The notes under the pieces were generated by a model. It made no database searches, had not been told where the DNA came from, and saw only the letters and a list, made by a program, of their open reading frames with translations. Positions 19,729-30,542 of a DNA stretch of 64,000 bases are shown here, in pieces. The DNA comes from Promethearchaeota archaeon (GTDB taxonomy: Archaea; Asgardarchaeota; Lokiarchaeia; Sigyniarchaeales; SOKP01), in NCBI GenBank assembly GCA_048941015.1, contig JBHLNZ010000010.1, positions 11,162 to 75,161 on the forward strand, given 5' to 3'. The position numbers and the translations under genes were made by a program. Every line of letters starts with the position of its first letter. Position 1 is the stretch's first letter.

Positions 19729-20301
19729 ATTTCTGTATATTATTTTAAGTCCGATCAAATAAATGCCTTTATCCTTCTTTCATTTGAGTATTTAAAAGAT
19801 AAGAATAAATTAACTTTAAAAGAGTTAAATATTTTCAAAAATGAAAAGGAAACTTTGGATTACATTAGAAGTAATAAACTTAATTTAATCTCTAAGGAAA
19901 ATTCTTTTGAAATTGATACTCTTACTCAAATTGAAAACTTATTATTAAATTATTTTCAAGGTAAAAAACTAAACTTGTTTGCCGAAATCAAAAAAATGCA
20001 GATTAAATTAGATATTGAAGCTAAATTTAAAACTGAATTTACTCAAAAAGTAATTAATACATTACTTGACTTAAAACCGGGAGAAATTACTACATATTAT
20101 GAGATTGGAAATAAAATCAATTCTAAAGCATATCGAGCTATAGGAAATGTATGCAAATCAAATCCATTTCCTCTAATAATCCCCTGTCATCGCGTTTTAA
20201 GAAAAAACGGAGAGATTGGGGGTTTTATGGGTAAATCGGATAAAACTTGGGAGACAAATCTCAAAAAAAAATTATTAAAAATAGAAGGATACAAAGTATA
20301 G
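19729..20301 (+). CDS. ogt: Methylated-DNA--protein-cysteine methyltransferase
   Basis: TYYEIG, YRAIGN, IIPCHRV active site; the frame is open back to an ATT at 19729 behind a GAGGT SD (track start is 19855). Confidence 0.9.
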   Translation: MSVYYFKSDQINAFILLSFEYLKDKNKLTLKELNIFKNEKETLDYIRSNKLNLISKENSFEIDTLTQIENLLLNYFQGKKLNLFAEIKKMQIKLDIEAKFKTEFTQKVINTLLDLKPGEITTYYEIGNKINSKAYRAIGNVCKSNPFPLIIPCHRVLRKNGEIGGFMGKSDKTWETNLKKKLLKIEGYKV

Positions 20302-20359
20302 AAATCAGTAATATATTAACCGAAATTAATATATTAATTTACATCTTTTATTTAATATT

Positions 20360-21562
20360 ATGGTAGAAATATCTCCACTCAAACCCTATATTCCATTAAA
20401 TCCAGAAGAGTTTTGTACGAATCCTTATGATGTAATCAGTAAAGAGGAAGAAATAATATTAAAGAAGAATCCAAAATCATTAATTCACCTTATTTTACCT
20501 GATGGAGAAGGCAATGAAATATACGAAAATGCCAAAAAAGCATATGAGAATCTTAAAAAGGATAGGGTAATTAAGAAAGAAGCAAGACCAAGTATATTTG
20601 TATATCGTCAGCAATCAACTCAATTTAGCCATGAAGGACTCATAATTGGAGTAGCTCTTCAGGATTATGAAAATGGAAATATTGTAAAGCACGAACATAC
20701 CCGTAAAAAACCTCTTAAAGACAGAACAAATCATATAATCGCTACAAAAGTAGCTGCAGGATTAGTATGGACTGTTTTTCAAAGTAATAAAAAAATCAAA
20801 AATATAATTAAACTAATTAAAAAGAATGATCCTTTATTCAAATTCAAAAAATATGGATATGAACACTTACTATGGCAAGAAACTAATCCTAAAATAATTG
20901 AAAAATTAACAAAGTTATTTAGAAATGAGAATTTATATATTGCTGATGGTCATCATAGAGCAGCAAGTGCAGCTGAATATAGAAAAATCCAAATGGAAAA
21001 ATATGATAAAAATAATAAAATCAAAGCTCCTTGGCAATATTTATTATCATATGTAGCTTCTGATGATCAAGTTCGTATATTAGCTTATAACCGTGTGATT
21101 AAAAAGCTACCATTAGATGAAAAAGAATTCTTAATTGAATTAAACAAGATTTTTGAAGTTAAACCTATGGAACAGGCTTTTAATCCAGAAAGGAAAAATG
21201 AAATCGCTATTTGTTTAAAGGGAAAATGGTATCAGCTTATAGTTAAGAATAAGAAATTCGAATCTATACGAGAATCTTTAGATGTTGCCATTATTCAAGA
21301 AAAAGTTTTAGAATCAATTTTGGGTATCTCTGATCCACGTTCTGATGAAAATATCTTTTTTGTTGGAGCTATTCAAAATCCAAAAGAAATGGAGAAATAT
21401 ATAACAGAAAAAGGGAATGATTTATTTATTAACCTTTATCCTGTTAATATAAAAGATTTAGAAGCGATCGCCGACTTAGGAGGAGTAATGCCTCCAAAAT
21501 CAACTTGGTTTGATCCTAAAGTATTATCTGGTTTAGTTCTTCATGATCTGAACGGAGATTGA
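20360..21562 (+). CDS. DUF1015 family protein (ParB/Srx-like fold)
   Basis: PYDVI, KHEHT, YIADGHHRAASA, MPPKSTWFDPKVLSGL. Confidence 0.92.
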   Translation: MVEISPLKPYIPLNPEEFCTNPYDVISKEEEIILKKNPKSLIHLILPDGEGNEIYENAKKAYENLKKDRVIKKEARPSIFVYRQQSTQFSHEGLIIGVALQDYENGNIVKHEHTRKKPLKDRTNHIIATKVAAGLVWTVFQSNKKIKNIIKLIKKNDPLFKFKKYGYEHLLWQETNPKIIEKLTKLFRNENLYIADGHHRAASAAEYRKIQMEKYDKNNKIKAPWQYLLSYVASDDQVRILAYNRVIKKLPLDEKEFLIELNKIFEVKPMEQAFNPERKNEIAICLKGKWYQLIVKNKKFESIRESLDVAIIQEKVLESILGISDPRSDENIFFVGAIQNPKEMEKYITEKGNDLFINLYPVNIKDLEAIADLGGVMPPKSTWFDPKVLSGLVLHDLNGD

Positions 21563-21571
21563 TTCAAATAG

Positions 21572-22504
21572 TCAGTTCTTTTTTAAAAAATTCACTATTT
21601 TTTCAGCAACCATAATCGCCGCTTCTACTTGATTTTCTTTTGATTGACTCGCGATGTGGGGAGTTAAAATTAGATTTTCTTCGAATTTCCATAAATCTTC
21701 ATCATCGAGTGGTTCCCTTTTATAAACATCTATAGCGGCTCCTCCTATTTTTTTACTTTTAAGTGCATCTAATAATGCTTTTTCATCAATTAGTTGACCC
21801 CTTGCGGTATTAATTATGATTGCATTTTCTTTCATAAGTCCTATTCTCTCTTCATTAATAAGATTTTCCGTTTGAGGTGTAGATGGTAAGTGTAAAGATA
21901 TAATTTCCGCAGTTTTTAAAAGATCTTCAACGGTAGAATAAATTTTACACCCCATATTTTTCGCTTCTTCTATTGCTGGAGGACCAGCACTAAATCTGGA
22001 ATATACTCCAACATCCATTCCAAGAGCTATTGCTCTTTTAGCTAATGCTTTAGCAATGTTTCCAAACCCAATTAAACCCAATATTTTTCCATTTAATGTA
22101 TAACCTAAATACTGACTTTTATTCCACTCTCCCCGATGCATAGTTTTATCTGCAACCGAGATACATCTAGCCAAAGAAAGCATTAATCCTAATGCAAACT
22201 CTGCTACAGTAATTGCAGGTGCTTCTGGGGTATTAACTACTTCAATATTCATTTCTTTAGCTTTTTGAAGATCTATATTATCAAGACCCACTCCTGCTCG
22301 TCCTATTACTTTAAGGTTTTTAGCATTTTCTAATACTTCAGCTGTTAATTTAGTTCTGGATCTCACAACTATTCCATCATAATTTTCAATATCTTTCTTT
22401 AATTCTTCATTAGTAATTGAAAACTTTTTCACTACTTCAAAACCGTTCTTATGAAAAATTTCTATTCCTTCATCTTGAAGTTTGTCACTAATTAAGATTT
22501 TCAT
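21572..22504 (-). CDS. serA: D-3-phosphoglycerate dehydrogenase-like 2-hydroxyacid dehydrogenase (no ACT domain)
   Basis: VRSRTK, RAGVGLDNID, GFGNIA, INTARG, LTPHIAS; downstream of a class V aminotransferase. Confidence 0.8.
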   Translation of the reverse strand: MKILISDKLQDEGIEIFHKNGFEVVKKFSITNEELKKDIENYDGIVVRSRTKLTAEVLENAKNLKVIGRAGVGLDNIDLQKAKEMNIEVVNTPEAPAITVAEFALGLMLSLARCISVADKTMHRGEWNKSQYLGYTLNGKILGLIGFGNIAKALAKRAIALGMDVGVYSRFSAGPPAIEEAKNMGCKIYSTVEDLLKTAEIISLHLPSTPQTENLINEERIGLMKENAIIINTARGQLIDEKALLDALKSKKIGGAAIDVYKREPLDDEDLWKFEENLILTPHIASQSKENQVEAAIMVAEKIVNFLKKN

Positions 22505-22657
22505 TTTGCATCATTATTATTTGATATGAGATTTATGAATAATATTTTAGATGAATGCTTAAAATAATTTTTTATTATTCATTAGATTGTTAATTTCTAA
22601 TAATTACAATATAAAAGATTAAAAAAAAGAAAAATAATAATCTTGTTTTAAATTTCT

Positions 22658-23782
22658 CTATTTCATTTCTGAAATAATTTTAGCTAACACTTCTAACATT
22701 TCATTGAGTTCTTCTATAGTTATCTCTCCCATATGACCAATTCGAAATGTCTTGTTTCTAAGATCTCCATAACCATTCACAATTTTATACCCCTTTTCCA
22801 TAAGGGTTGAAACCATTTTACCAATATCTATGTTAAGAGAATTTTTAATAGTAGATACCGTATTGGATTCATACCCTTTTTCTGAAAACATTTCTAAACC
22901 CTTACGCTTAGCCCACTCTCTTGTGCGGGTTCCTAATTCAATATGCCTTTTAAATCTATTGTCTAAACCTTCTTCATTTAAGATATATTCTAATTGATAT
23001 GCCAAAGCTCTAATCTGTGGAATTGGGGGCGTATTTGGAGTCTCATGTGTTTTATTTTTTTTCAATAATTCAACAAAATCTAGATAATATCCCCTATTTT
23101 TAACTATATTCGCTTTTTCTATTGCTGCTTGTGAAATTGAACAAACTGCTAGACCTGGAGGGATTGTAAAACATTTTTGTACTGAGGCTAAGCATACATC
23201 TATACCAAGTTTATCAACTTCGACTTTTACTCCTGCCATAGAAGAAGTTGCATCAACACAAACCAAAGCTCCATAATCTTTAACAATTGGAATGAGTTCA
23301 TCGATAGGGTTATAAACTCCCGTTGAAGTTTCATTTGCTTGAATAAATACAACAGAAAAGGTATCCTTATTTAATATATTTTTAATAAATTCGGGAGTTA
23401 TCGCTTTACCCCATTCTACCCCTTCTTTAGTAGAATTTTTTCCATTAGTCAAACCAATTTTATACCAACGATCCCCAAAAGCTCCAATAGATAAAAATAA
23501 ACCTTTTTCATCTTCAGTTAATAAGTTCCTTACACACGCTTCCATTATACCAGTAGCACTAGATGTAAAAATTAAGCATTCATTATTAGTATAGAGAAGT
23601 TTTTTAAGACCCTCCTCAACGAGCTGATGCATTTCTCTGTAGGGTTTAGATCTATGAGTATCGTTTGGTTTTGCCATTTCATTTAAGATTCTTTCTGGTA
23701 CATATACAGGTCCGGGAGTAAATAATTTGAGTTGAGACCCTTTCTCTTTATTAAAATGAATTTCAGCCATATTATCATCCAT
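22658..23782 (-). CDS. Class V PLP aminotransferase (AGAT/SPAT family; probable archaeal phosphoserine aminotransferase)
   Basis: LFTPGP, NETSTG, VDATSS, SVQKCF (PLP Lys), FRIGHMG. Confidence 0.9.
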   Translation of the reverse strand: MDDNMAEIHFNKEKGSQLKLFTPGPVYVPERILNEMAKPNDTHRSKPYREMHQLVEEGLKKLLYTNNECLIFTSSATGIMEACVRNLLTEDEKGLFLSIGAFGDRWYKIGLTNGKNSTKEGVEWGKAITPEFIKNILNKDTFSVVFIQANETSTGVYNPIDELIPIVKDYGALVCVDATSSMAGVKVEVDKLGIDVCLASVQKCFTIPPGLAVCSISQAAIEKANIVKNRGYYLDFVELLKKNKTHETPNTPPIPQIRALAYQLEYILNEEGLDNRFKRHIELGTRTREWAKRKGLEMFSEKGYESNTVSTIKNSLNIDIGKMVSTLMEKGYKIVNGYGDLRNKTFRIGHMGEITIEELNEMLEVLAKIISEMK

Positions 23783-23926
23783 TAATTAATTGTATGTAAA
23801 TATATTAAACCTAAAAATTTAAACATTGATAATAATTTTCTAATAATCTATTTATTTTTAATAATCTTAATTTTTTTTATAAACATTCTTTTTAGAATAT
23901 TTAAAGAATCCAATAGTTGATTTAAA

Positions 23927-25318
23927 TTGACGGATTATGATGCAATAATCATTGGAAGTGGTATTGGTGGTACTGCAGTTGGATTACTATTAGCGTCAAA
24001 TAAATTTAAGATCCTTCTTTTAGAAAAAAATGATTTCGTAGGAGGTCGTTGTAGTAGTTATGAAAAAGAAGGGTTTAAAGTAGATGTAGGAGTTCATTCA
24101 TTTGCTAGATCGGATAAAGGACCGTTGCATAAAATATTAAAAATGACTGGCATGGAACAAGCAATCAGTTGGGAAACTATTAAAAGTGGTGATCCTCGTT
24201 GGTATTATAAAGGAAACTTTTATCAATTTCCAAAAGATTTAAGAAAACTTTTACCGGGTAAAGATTATTCAGATATTCTAAGATTAATTAGTGAGGCAAC
24301 AAGGATAAGGAATACAAATGAATTGGATGCTATTGATCTTAAATCATGGTTAAACCAATTTACAGATAATACCTTAATACATTCTTATTTTAATATCATT
24401 TCACAATTATATTTTGTTATTCCTTATAATTTAGTATCCACCGGAGAATTTCTTAGATGCCTCGGTTCATTAAATAAGTATCAAAGTATTGGATATCCAA
24501 AAGGAGGTTGCATTGCTATTCCTATGGCATATATCCAAGGAATAAAAAAATATGAAGGGGTTGTAGAAACAGGAACAACTGTTAACAAAATAATTATAGA
24601 TGAAAATCTAGTTCAAGGTGTTGAACTAGATAATGGAAAGTCAATTTATTCAAATATAGTTATTTCAAATTCGGGATTTAAACATACAATAAACGATTTG
24701 GTTGGAAAGACGTATTTTAAAGAGGGCTTTCTTAAAAAGGTTGATGAATATAAATATTCCTTTAGTGCTATAACTTTTAAGCTTGCATTAAAAAAGCCAA
24801 TAACATCGCATAAAATCATTATTTCATTTGTCTCAGAAAATCCTGAAGAAAGATTTAAAAATTTAATTAATGGACAAGTCCCTGATGAAATTGACTTCTT
24901 TATTCCAGTACCTTCCAACTACGATCCAGATGTAGCCCCAAAAGGAAAACAATTGATTATTGCCGGTACAGTAGTTCCAAAAGAAAGTTTTCAAAAAAAT
25001 AAGGATTTATGGATTAAAAATTCGATAAATACATTAGAAAAAATATTCCCAAAATTGTCAGATCATTTACTTTGGTATGATATTACAACACCAATTGACT
25101 TAGAACGTATGTATGGAAAGGAAGGATCTGTAGTTGGAATTTGTCAAAATACTAACCAGACAGGGAGCAATAGGCCCCCAATCTCATTACCGATTAAAGG
25201 ATTATATATGGTAGGTGGAGATGCTGGTGGGTGGGGTATAGGTACTGAACTTGCAGCAAAAAGTGCTCTCGAATGTTCAGAAATCATATTGCAAAAACGC
25301 AACAAAAATTTAGAATAA
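23927..25318 (+). CDS. Phytoene desaturase (CrtI)-family FAD oxidoreductase
   Basis: IIGSGIGG, LEKNDFVGG, DVG, YPKGG, APKGK, TPID, LYMVG. Confidence 0.85.
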   Translation: MTDYDAIIIGSGIGGTAVGLLLASNKFKILLLEKNDFVGGRCSSYEKEGFKVDVGVHSFARSDKGPLHKILKMTGMEQAISWETIKSGDPRWYYKGNFYQFPKDLRKLLPGKDYSDILRLISEATRIRNTNELDAIDLKSWLNQFTDNTLIHSYFNIISQLYFVIPYNLVSTGEFLRCLGSLNKYQSIGYPKGGCIAIPMAYIQGIKKYEGVVETGTTVNKIIIDENLVQGVELDNGKSIYSNIVISNSGFKHTINDLVGKTYFKEGFLKKVDEYKYSFSAITFKLALKKPITSHKIIISFVSENPEERFKNLINGQVPDEIDFFIPVPSNYDPDVAPKGKQLIIAGTVVPKESFQKNKDLWIKNSINTLEKIFPKLSDHLLWYDITTPIDLERMYGKEGSVVGICQNTNQTGSNRPPISLPIKGLYMVGGDAGGWGIGTELAAKSALECSEIILQKRNKNLE

Positions 25319-25330
25319 GTATAGAATGAA

Positions 25331-25993
25331 CTAAATTTTTCCTATTCTTAGACTATCTTCAAACTCTTCCAGGATATCTTCTTCATTATTTAGAATATTA
25401 AAAACAACCTTAAAATTCTTAAGATTTTTGAGAGATAATTTATATTCGCTCAAATATAAAGCTGATCTGAAAATTGCATTTAGAAATATCGTTGTAAATA
25501 AGGAAATCATATTAAAAATATAATATTCTTCTGCAAACATAAAAGCTATTGAAGCAGCTCCTAAGGTAATAATACCTACTATAATGTTTATTATACGATA
25601 ATTGTAATTGTAATTTTTAATCAAAATTCCTTTCATTATAGCTGCAATCCCAATGAAAGTAACAGGGATCGCAATGAAATAAATTATATAACTTGGAGAA
25701 AGCCGGGATTGATAAAATAATAGATTAATAATAAATAATGAAAATAAAATTGAAGCTACTCCAATAATACTAAAGATTATTTTTCTGATAAAATCTAAAT
25801 CTAATTTGAATAAACCTTCAGTAAGTTTTATTATTCCATAAATTAATAAACTAAAAATTGGATAAACTATAAGAGCCATTAAAGCAATAAGTTGGTTAAT
25901 TATTACCAATATCACAAGCATGAGCAACAATAATATGCTGATTATATCATCAACAATTATTTTCTGTCGATTTCTTGAATCTCTTGGTCTCAT
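25331..25993 (-). CDS. Membrane protein (HdeD/DUF308-like)
   Basis: Six TM helices with internal helix-pair repeats. Confidence 0.55.
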   Translation of the reverse strand: MRPRDSRNRQKIIVDDIISILLLLMLVILVIINQLIALMALIVYPIFSLLIYGIIKLTEGLFKLDLDFIRKIIFSIIGVASILFSLFIINLLFYQSRLSPSYIIYFIAIPVTFIGIAAIMKGILIKNYNYNYRIINIIVGIITLGAASIAFMFAEEYYIFNMISLFTTIFLNAIFRSALYLSEYKLSLKNLKNFKVVFNILNNEEDILEEFEDSLRIGKI

Positions 25994-26102
25994 TTAAAAT
26001 CACTTTTATGCAATGTTCATCTTAAATTAATATTATTATGACAAATAAATTTATTAAGTATTTTATTTCTGCTTGTTTCTTTTTTCTTCTTGTATAATTC
26101 TA

Positions 26103-27110
26103 TTAAAATAGAAATTGTGTACCAACACTCGCGTTTAAAGCTAATAAATTTTCATTTTTAGTTTCATTTATCATATTTCCAAACTTTTCTCCGCTGCAGT
26201 GAATCGGAAATAAATATAATGGTCTATTATAAGTTTGAAATTGAGTTAAAAAATCAATAGTTTCGGTCATTCTTTCATCTGAAGCGCTTACCATGTGAAA
26301 GCCTCCTATAATATGACTAATCGGTTTATTAGTAAGTTTTTTTACATAGTTTAAGGTGTTAATAATTCCAGAATGGCAGCATCCGTTTAACAGGATCACT
26401 CTATCTTCTAATTCGATTATTAAACACTTATCATCAATAATTTTATCATATTTTATGACATTTTCTTGAAGGAACATGAAATTGCTGAAATCTTCATATT
26501 TATTATTTCTCGGAATCTCACCGCTAGCTACTATTTTTAATCCTTCAATATTTAATACTTCGTAAGCTTCCTTTGAAAAAACTACATTTCCATTTAATTC
26601 TTCAACTTTTCTTATATCAATTGGTGCTTGATTTACAATTTTAGATGAAGACAAAAGTATTTCTAAATCTTCTCGGGTTTTTCCGATTAAATCTTTCACT
26701 TTGACATCCTGAGACCGTATAAAAAATCTTTCAAGTAGTGCATTTTCATGGCATATTATTGGTATATTCTTTCCTATCCTTCTTAAAATTTCATATAATC
26801 CCCGAGAATGATCGTAATGCCAATGTGAAAGTATTATAATATCAGTATCATTTAAATCTATTTTCCTAACATCTAGATTATGTGAAAAAGTAGAATTTGG
26901 TCCTCCTGTATCAAAAATTATTTTTTTAATGGGACTATCGGTTTTATTATTTTCATAAACATTTATGAAAAATCCTAAACCATGTTCTGCTATTGATTGA
27001 GTCGCGAAAATTCGATTCAAATCGATAAATTCTAATCCATATTCTTTCTTGAATTGTTGAAAAGGAAGAACAACATTATTAGCTAATAATAAGATTTCTA
27101 ATTTAACCAT
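26103..27110 (-). CDS. MBL-fold metallo-hydrolase
   Basis: AEHGLG, FDTG, SHWHYDH, GCCHSG, IGGFH, HCSG. Confidence 0.9.
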   Translation of the reverse strand: MVKLEILLLANNVVLPFQQFKKEYGLEFIDLNRIFATQSIAEHGLGFFINVYENNKTDSPIKKIIFDTGGPNSTFSHNLDVRKIDLNDTDIIILSHWHYDHSRGLYEILRRIGKNIPIICHENALLERFFIRSQDVKVKDLIGKTREDLEILLSSSKIVNQAPIDIRKVEELNGNVVFSKEAYEVLNIEGLKIVASGEIPRNNKYEDFSNFMFLQENVIKYDKIIDDKCLIIELEDRVILLNGCCHSGIINTLNYVKKLTNKPISHIIGGFHMVSASDERMTETIDFLTQFQTYNRPLYLFPIHCSGEKFGNMINETKNENLLALNASVGTQFLF

Positions 27111-27128
27111 AATTGAATTTCATCTTAA

Positions 27129-28061
27129 TTAAATAAATAATATGATATAATTACCTACAATTATTAAGATTACTGCTAACAAAAATCTTTTTCTGAATTT
27201 CTCTTTTAATAATATAATTGAAAAAATCTGCTGCACCATAGGGGTGTTTACAGTAAATGTAGAGGTTAATACTAACCCATTTATCTCTGCAGCTTTATAA
27301 AATAAAGAATCGGCAAAACCCAAAGAGAGTGACCCTGCAATACCTATATAAAAGTAGAATTTTAGGTTATTCCTACTTTCCTTCTTAAAACCTGAATAAT
27401 ATTCTTTCTTAAAGATTCCTACAACTAAAAAAATAGTAGTACCAAATATTACCCTTATGAAATTAGTGATAAACACATCGGAAGCAATAATTCTTGCTTG
27501 ATTAAAAGAAACAATAGCTAAAGCCCAAAAGAAAGCGGTGCCAATTGCTAGTAATACTCCTGGAATTAAACTTTCTACTAATTTTTCTTCACCATCAATA
27601 TTTGCCTCCTTTACTGGTTTGTCTTTAGTGCTTAAAATAAAAACACTTGATAAAATTAAAAGTCCCCCTATTAATAAAACGGGAGTAACTTGTTCTCCAA
27701 AATAAATAAAAGCAAAGGGATAAACAAAAACTAGACTTAATTGAGTTAAAGGATAAGATCTTGAAGCATCTATCTTTTTTAATGATAAAAAATATAATAG
27801 GTCTCCAAAAGTGACTGAAAACCCAGAAATAAAACAGGCTATTAAATAATTAAATAATTCCTGATTGTTTAGAGAAGAGAATATTAGATAATTTCCGAAA
27901 ATTAATGATAGAATGAACGTTGAAAGTGAGACAATAATAATTCTAAATAGTAAACTTGCTTTTGGCTGCGTTTTGCCTAGTCCGAATTTATAGACTAATG
28001 AAGCTAAACCCCAAGTAAATAATGCATCAAGAGTAAATAGATATCCAATTAATTCTGGCAT
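27129..28061 (-). CDS. DMT/EamA family transporter
   Basis: Two 5-TM repeats, with GE / LKEK motifs. Confidence 0.88.
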   Translation of the reverse strand: MPELIGYLFTLDALFTWGLASLVYKFGLGKTQPKASLLFRIIIVSLSTFILSLIFGNYLIFSSLNNQELFNYLIACFISGFSVTFGDLLYFLSLKKIDASRSYPLTQLSLVFVYPFAFIYFGEQVTPVLLIGGLLILSSVFILSTKDKPVKEANIDGEEKLVESLIPGVLLAIGTAFFWALAIVSFNQARIIASDVFITNFIRVIFGTTIFLVVGIFKKEYYSGFKKESRNNLKFYFYIGIAGSLSLGFADSLFYKAAEINGLVLTSTFTVNTPMVQQIFSIILLKEKFRKRFLLAVILIIVGNYIILFI

Positions 28062-28115
28062 TAAAATAAAATTATTATTTATAACTTTAAAAGTATTTTA
28101 AATGAAGTTATTTAA

Positions 28116-28727
28116 TTATCTTCTTAAATAAAGGAGATATGAAGCAATAACTAAAATCCAAATTATAATACCAAATGTCATTATCCATTCTAATATAGGG
28201 TTCCAAGTAAATAAAAAGATTAAAATAAAACTAGCTTCAGTAAAACCAATATAAGCATGAATTGTTAAGAAGTTTTTATTTCTTAGAATTATAATATTAA
28301 AGAGAAGGAAATATATTAGACCTGTTATAAAGGATATTGAAGCAAAATTTCCGTGTAAAATTATTAATAATTGATTTCCTTCAACCGAAGGGAAAATACC
28401 AATCAACATAAAAAAAAAACATGAAGTAATGGCACTTATAATTGCTGCCTTTCTAAGATATTCATTTGGATTACCTTCTTTAATAACTCTACCAAGATAT
28501 AAATAAAATATCAATGCAAATAATCCTGATAATATTGTACCTACATTAAAAAAAATACCACCAGGGCCAATTCCTAATTTGCTTATCATTAAAGCTATAT
28601 TGTATTCTGGAAAAAACATTAAAGCTAAGAAATCGCCTAATAACCCTACAATAACAGATAGAATTCCAAAAATTGCCCCTGGAATGATATCAAATATTTT
28701 GTTTAATGAATCATTGAAACTAACCAT
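28116..28727 (-). CDS. DUF998-like membrane protein
   Basis: Y.....ISKLG....FFN, IGIFP, H..FA, EW. Confidence 0.75.
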   Translation of the reverse strand: MVSFNDSLNKIFDIIPGAIFGILSVIVGLLGDFLALMFFPEYNIALMISKLGIGPGGIFFNVGTILSGLFALIFYLYLGRVIKEGNPNEYLRKAAIISAITSCFFFMLIGIFPSVEGNQLLIILHGNFASISFITGLIYFLLFNIIILRNKNFLTIHAYIGFTEASFILIFLFTWNPILEWIMTFGIIIWILVIASYLLYLRR

Positions 28728-28839
28728 GAAAAGTCAAATTTAATAATATTTCAAGATACTTAAACGATTCTATCAATATTATTTTATTGGAAATTCAATA
28801 TAAAATTGCCAAAAAAAAAAAAATAAAAATTTTTTTTAT

Positions 28840-29160
28840 TTATTCTGGGAATGGTGGGTGTGGTATGTACATTTCAACTTTTTGCCATTCAACAATCGAT
28901 TCAAGTTTTTTTTCTAATTTTTGGTAATCTGGATCCAAATAGCTTTTAGTCAATAATTTCTCCATTTTTGCCATACTATCCCATTCTCTTTCAACTATTA
29001 AAGTATCATTATTATATGCACCCATCAAACTTCGGAAACGTTTCTTTGGGGGGAAACCTAAATTTGCTTCAATTTCATCAAATCTCTTATCAATTTCATC
29101 TAAATCATTCCACTTTCCAGGATAAATCTTTTGAATTAATCTTAAGATTACTTTTACCAT
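28840..29160 (-). CDS. Small dimeric alpha+beta barrel (NIPSNAP-like) protein
   Basis: I.PGKW, TLIVEREWDSMA pattern. Confidence 0.55.
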   Translation of the reverse strand: MVKVILRLIQKIYPGKWNDLDEIDKRFDEIEANLGFPPKKRFRSLMGAYNNDTLIVEREWDSMAKMEKLLTKSYLDPDYQKLEKKLESIVEWQKVEMYIPHPPFPE

Positions 29161-29276
29161 TAAATTTCACCTCAAATTAATTATTGATGTAAATAGGTAT
29201 TTTACAGAAATGTTAATATTTTATTTAATTTTTACTATTTTTAAAAAAAATATTAAAAAAAGAAAAGCAAAAGAAT

Positions 29277-30452
29277 TTAATTTTCTCTAACTTTGGCTAG
29301 AAACTCTTTTGAAGGTGCCTGGTTAAATAAAAACATATCAACGACTTGTTGGCTAAATAACTCATCTTTTTCTGTTAATTCAAACATTTTAGAAAGATTC
29401 TGTCCCATATTTTCGAAGAAGAAATCAATCATTGGTAGTCTCATCTTAAAATTCCTAATAATTTTTTTAATATTTGGATAATTTTTGTAATTTTTTAAAG
29501 CTTTAGAACTAAAATCTTCTATTTCTAGTGCATTAATAGCTGTTTCTGCTGCTGCTTGTCCAGATACAATGCTAGGATGGATTCCTTCACCACTTATTGG
29601 TGAGACGAAACCGGCAGCATCACCTATAAGCATAATATTATCTCCATATAAAGCTTTGTCCACTACCCCTCTAGCAGGTAAAGGAAAACCTGCTTCCCAA
29701 ATTACATTGTATCTCTCTTGAGGAAGAAAGTTCCTTATAAAGGGATTTTTCAAGAATTCATTGAAGATTTTATTAATATCATAGCCTAAATTATCTTCCT
29801 GCCAAGTGCCACAACCAACATTAAATCTTTGCTCATCTAATGGAAATAACCAACTATATCCTTTAAAAGATTTATAAAATATTGACATTGTTTCTTTATC
29901 TATATAATTTTTTCCCTCCATTATTGCACATTTACATACGCCAATATCTTCTATTTTCCATTTATCTCGTAGTCCCGATTTGTTTGCTAATTTAGAACTC
30001 ATACCATCTGCTACTATGAAAATTTTACCAAAATATTCCTTTATTCCCGAAGGACTTCTTGTTTTTATCCCAACTTTTTGTTTATTTTTTGTTATAAAAT
30101 CATATGAAACATTTTTGTCAAAAAGAATTGCTCCTGCATCTACAGCTACGTCCTGAAGAAAATTATCAAATTCGAGGCGATCCACCACAATTGAAGATTC
30201 TCTTATCCCTTTCCATGAATATGTGAATTTATGAAAATCAGCAGAATACATGGTCATTCCTGTTATTGGAGGATATTTTGATTTAGACAGCTGAGGATAA
30301 TATTTAAATATTCGCGAGCTTACAGCACCGCCGCAAGGTTTCCGCCAATCTCTATTCTTTTCTAATAATGCAACTTTATAACCAGCTTTAGCAATAACTT
30401 CAGCAGCTTTAGAACCAGCTGGTCCAGCTCCAGATATTACTACATCATACAT
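29277..30452 (-). CDS. Geranylgeranyl reductase family protein
   Basis: GAGPAG, KPCGG, ADG, YSWLFP, GDAAG.VSP.SGEGI. Confidence 0.92.
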   Translation of the reverse strand: MYDVVISGAGPAGSKAAEVIAKAGYKVALLEKNRDWRKPCGGAVSSRIFKYYPQLSKSKYPPITGMTMYSADFHKFTYSWKGIRESSIVVDRLEFDNFLQDVAVDAGAILFDKNVSYDFITKNKQKVGIKTRSPSGIKEYFGKIFIVADGMSSKLANKSGLRDKWKIEDIGVCKCAIMEGKNYIDKETMSIFYKSFKGYSWLFPLDEQRFNVGCGTWQEDNLGYDINKIFNEFLKNPFIRNFLPQERYNVIWEAGFPLPARGVVDKALYGDNIMLIGDAAGFVSPISGEGIHPSIVSGQAAAETAINALEIEDFSSKALKNYKNYPNIKKIIRNFKMRLPMIDFFFENMGQNLSKMFELTEKDELFSQQVVDMFLFNQAPSKEFLAKVREN

Positions 30453-30542
30453 TTTATATCATTTTAATTTAAATTCAATAATCTTCATTATTTGCTTTAT
30501 TTATAATATCTCTTTTAAAATAAACATTCATTATTAAAAATT

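Noticed and set aside
28805-28840. A-tract/T-tract palindromes in intergenic gaps (also near 13490-13524 and 59900-59920)
   Set aside because: Explained as ordinary oligo-T terminators in an AT-rich genome, not a repeat family.
23927-30452. Carotenoid or lipid-modification cluster (CrtI-like plus GGR)
   Set aside because: The genes are 4 kb apart on opposite strands with unrelated genes between them and no phytoene synthase; both families are commonly multi-copy.
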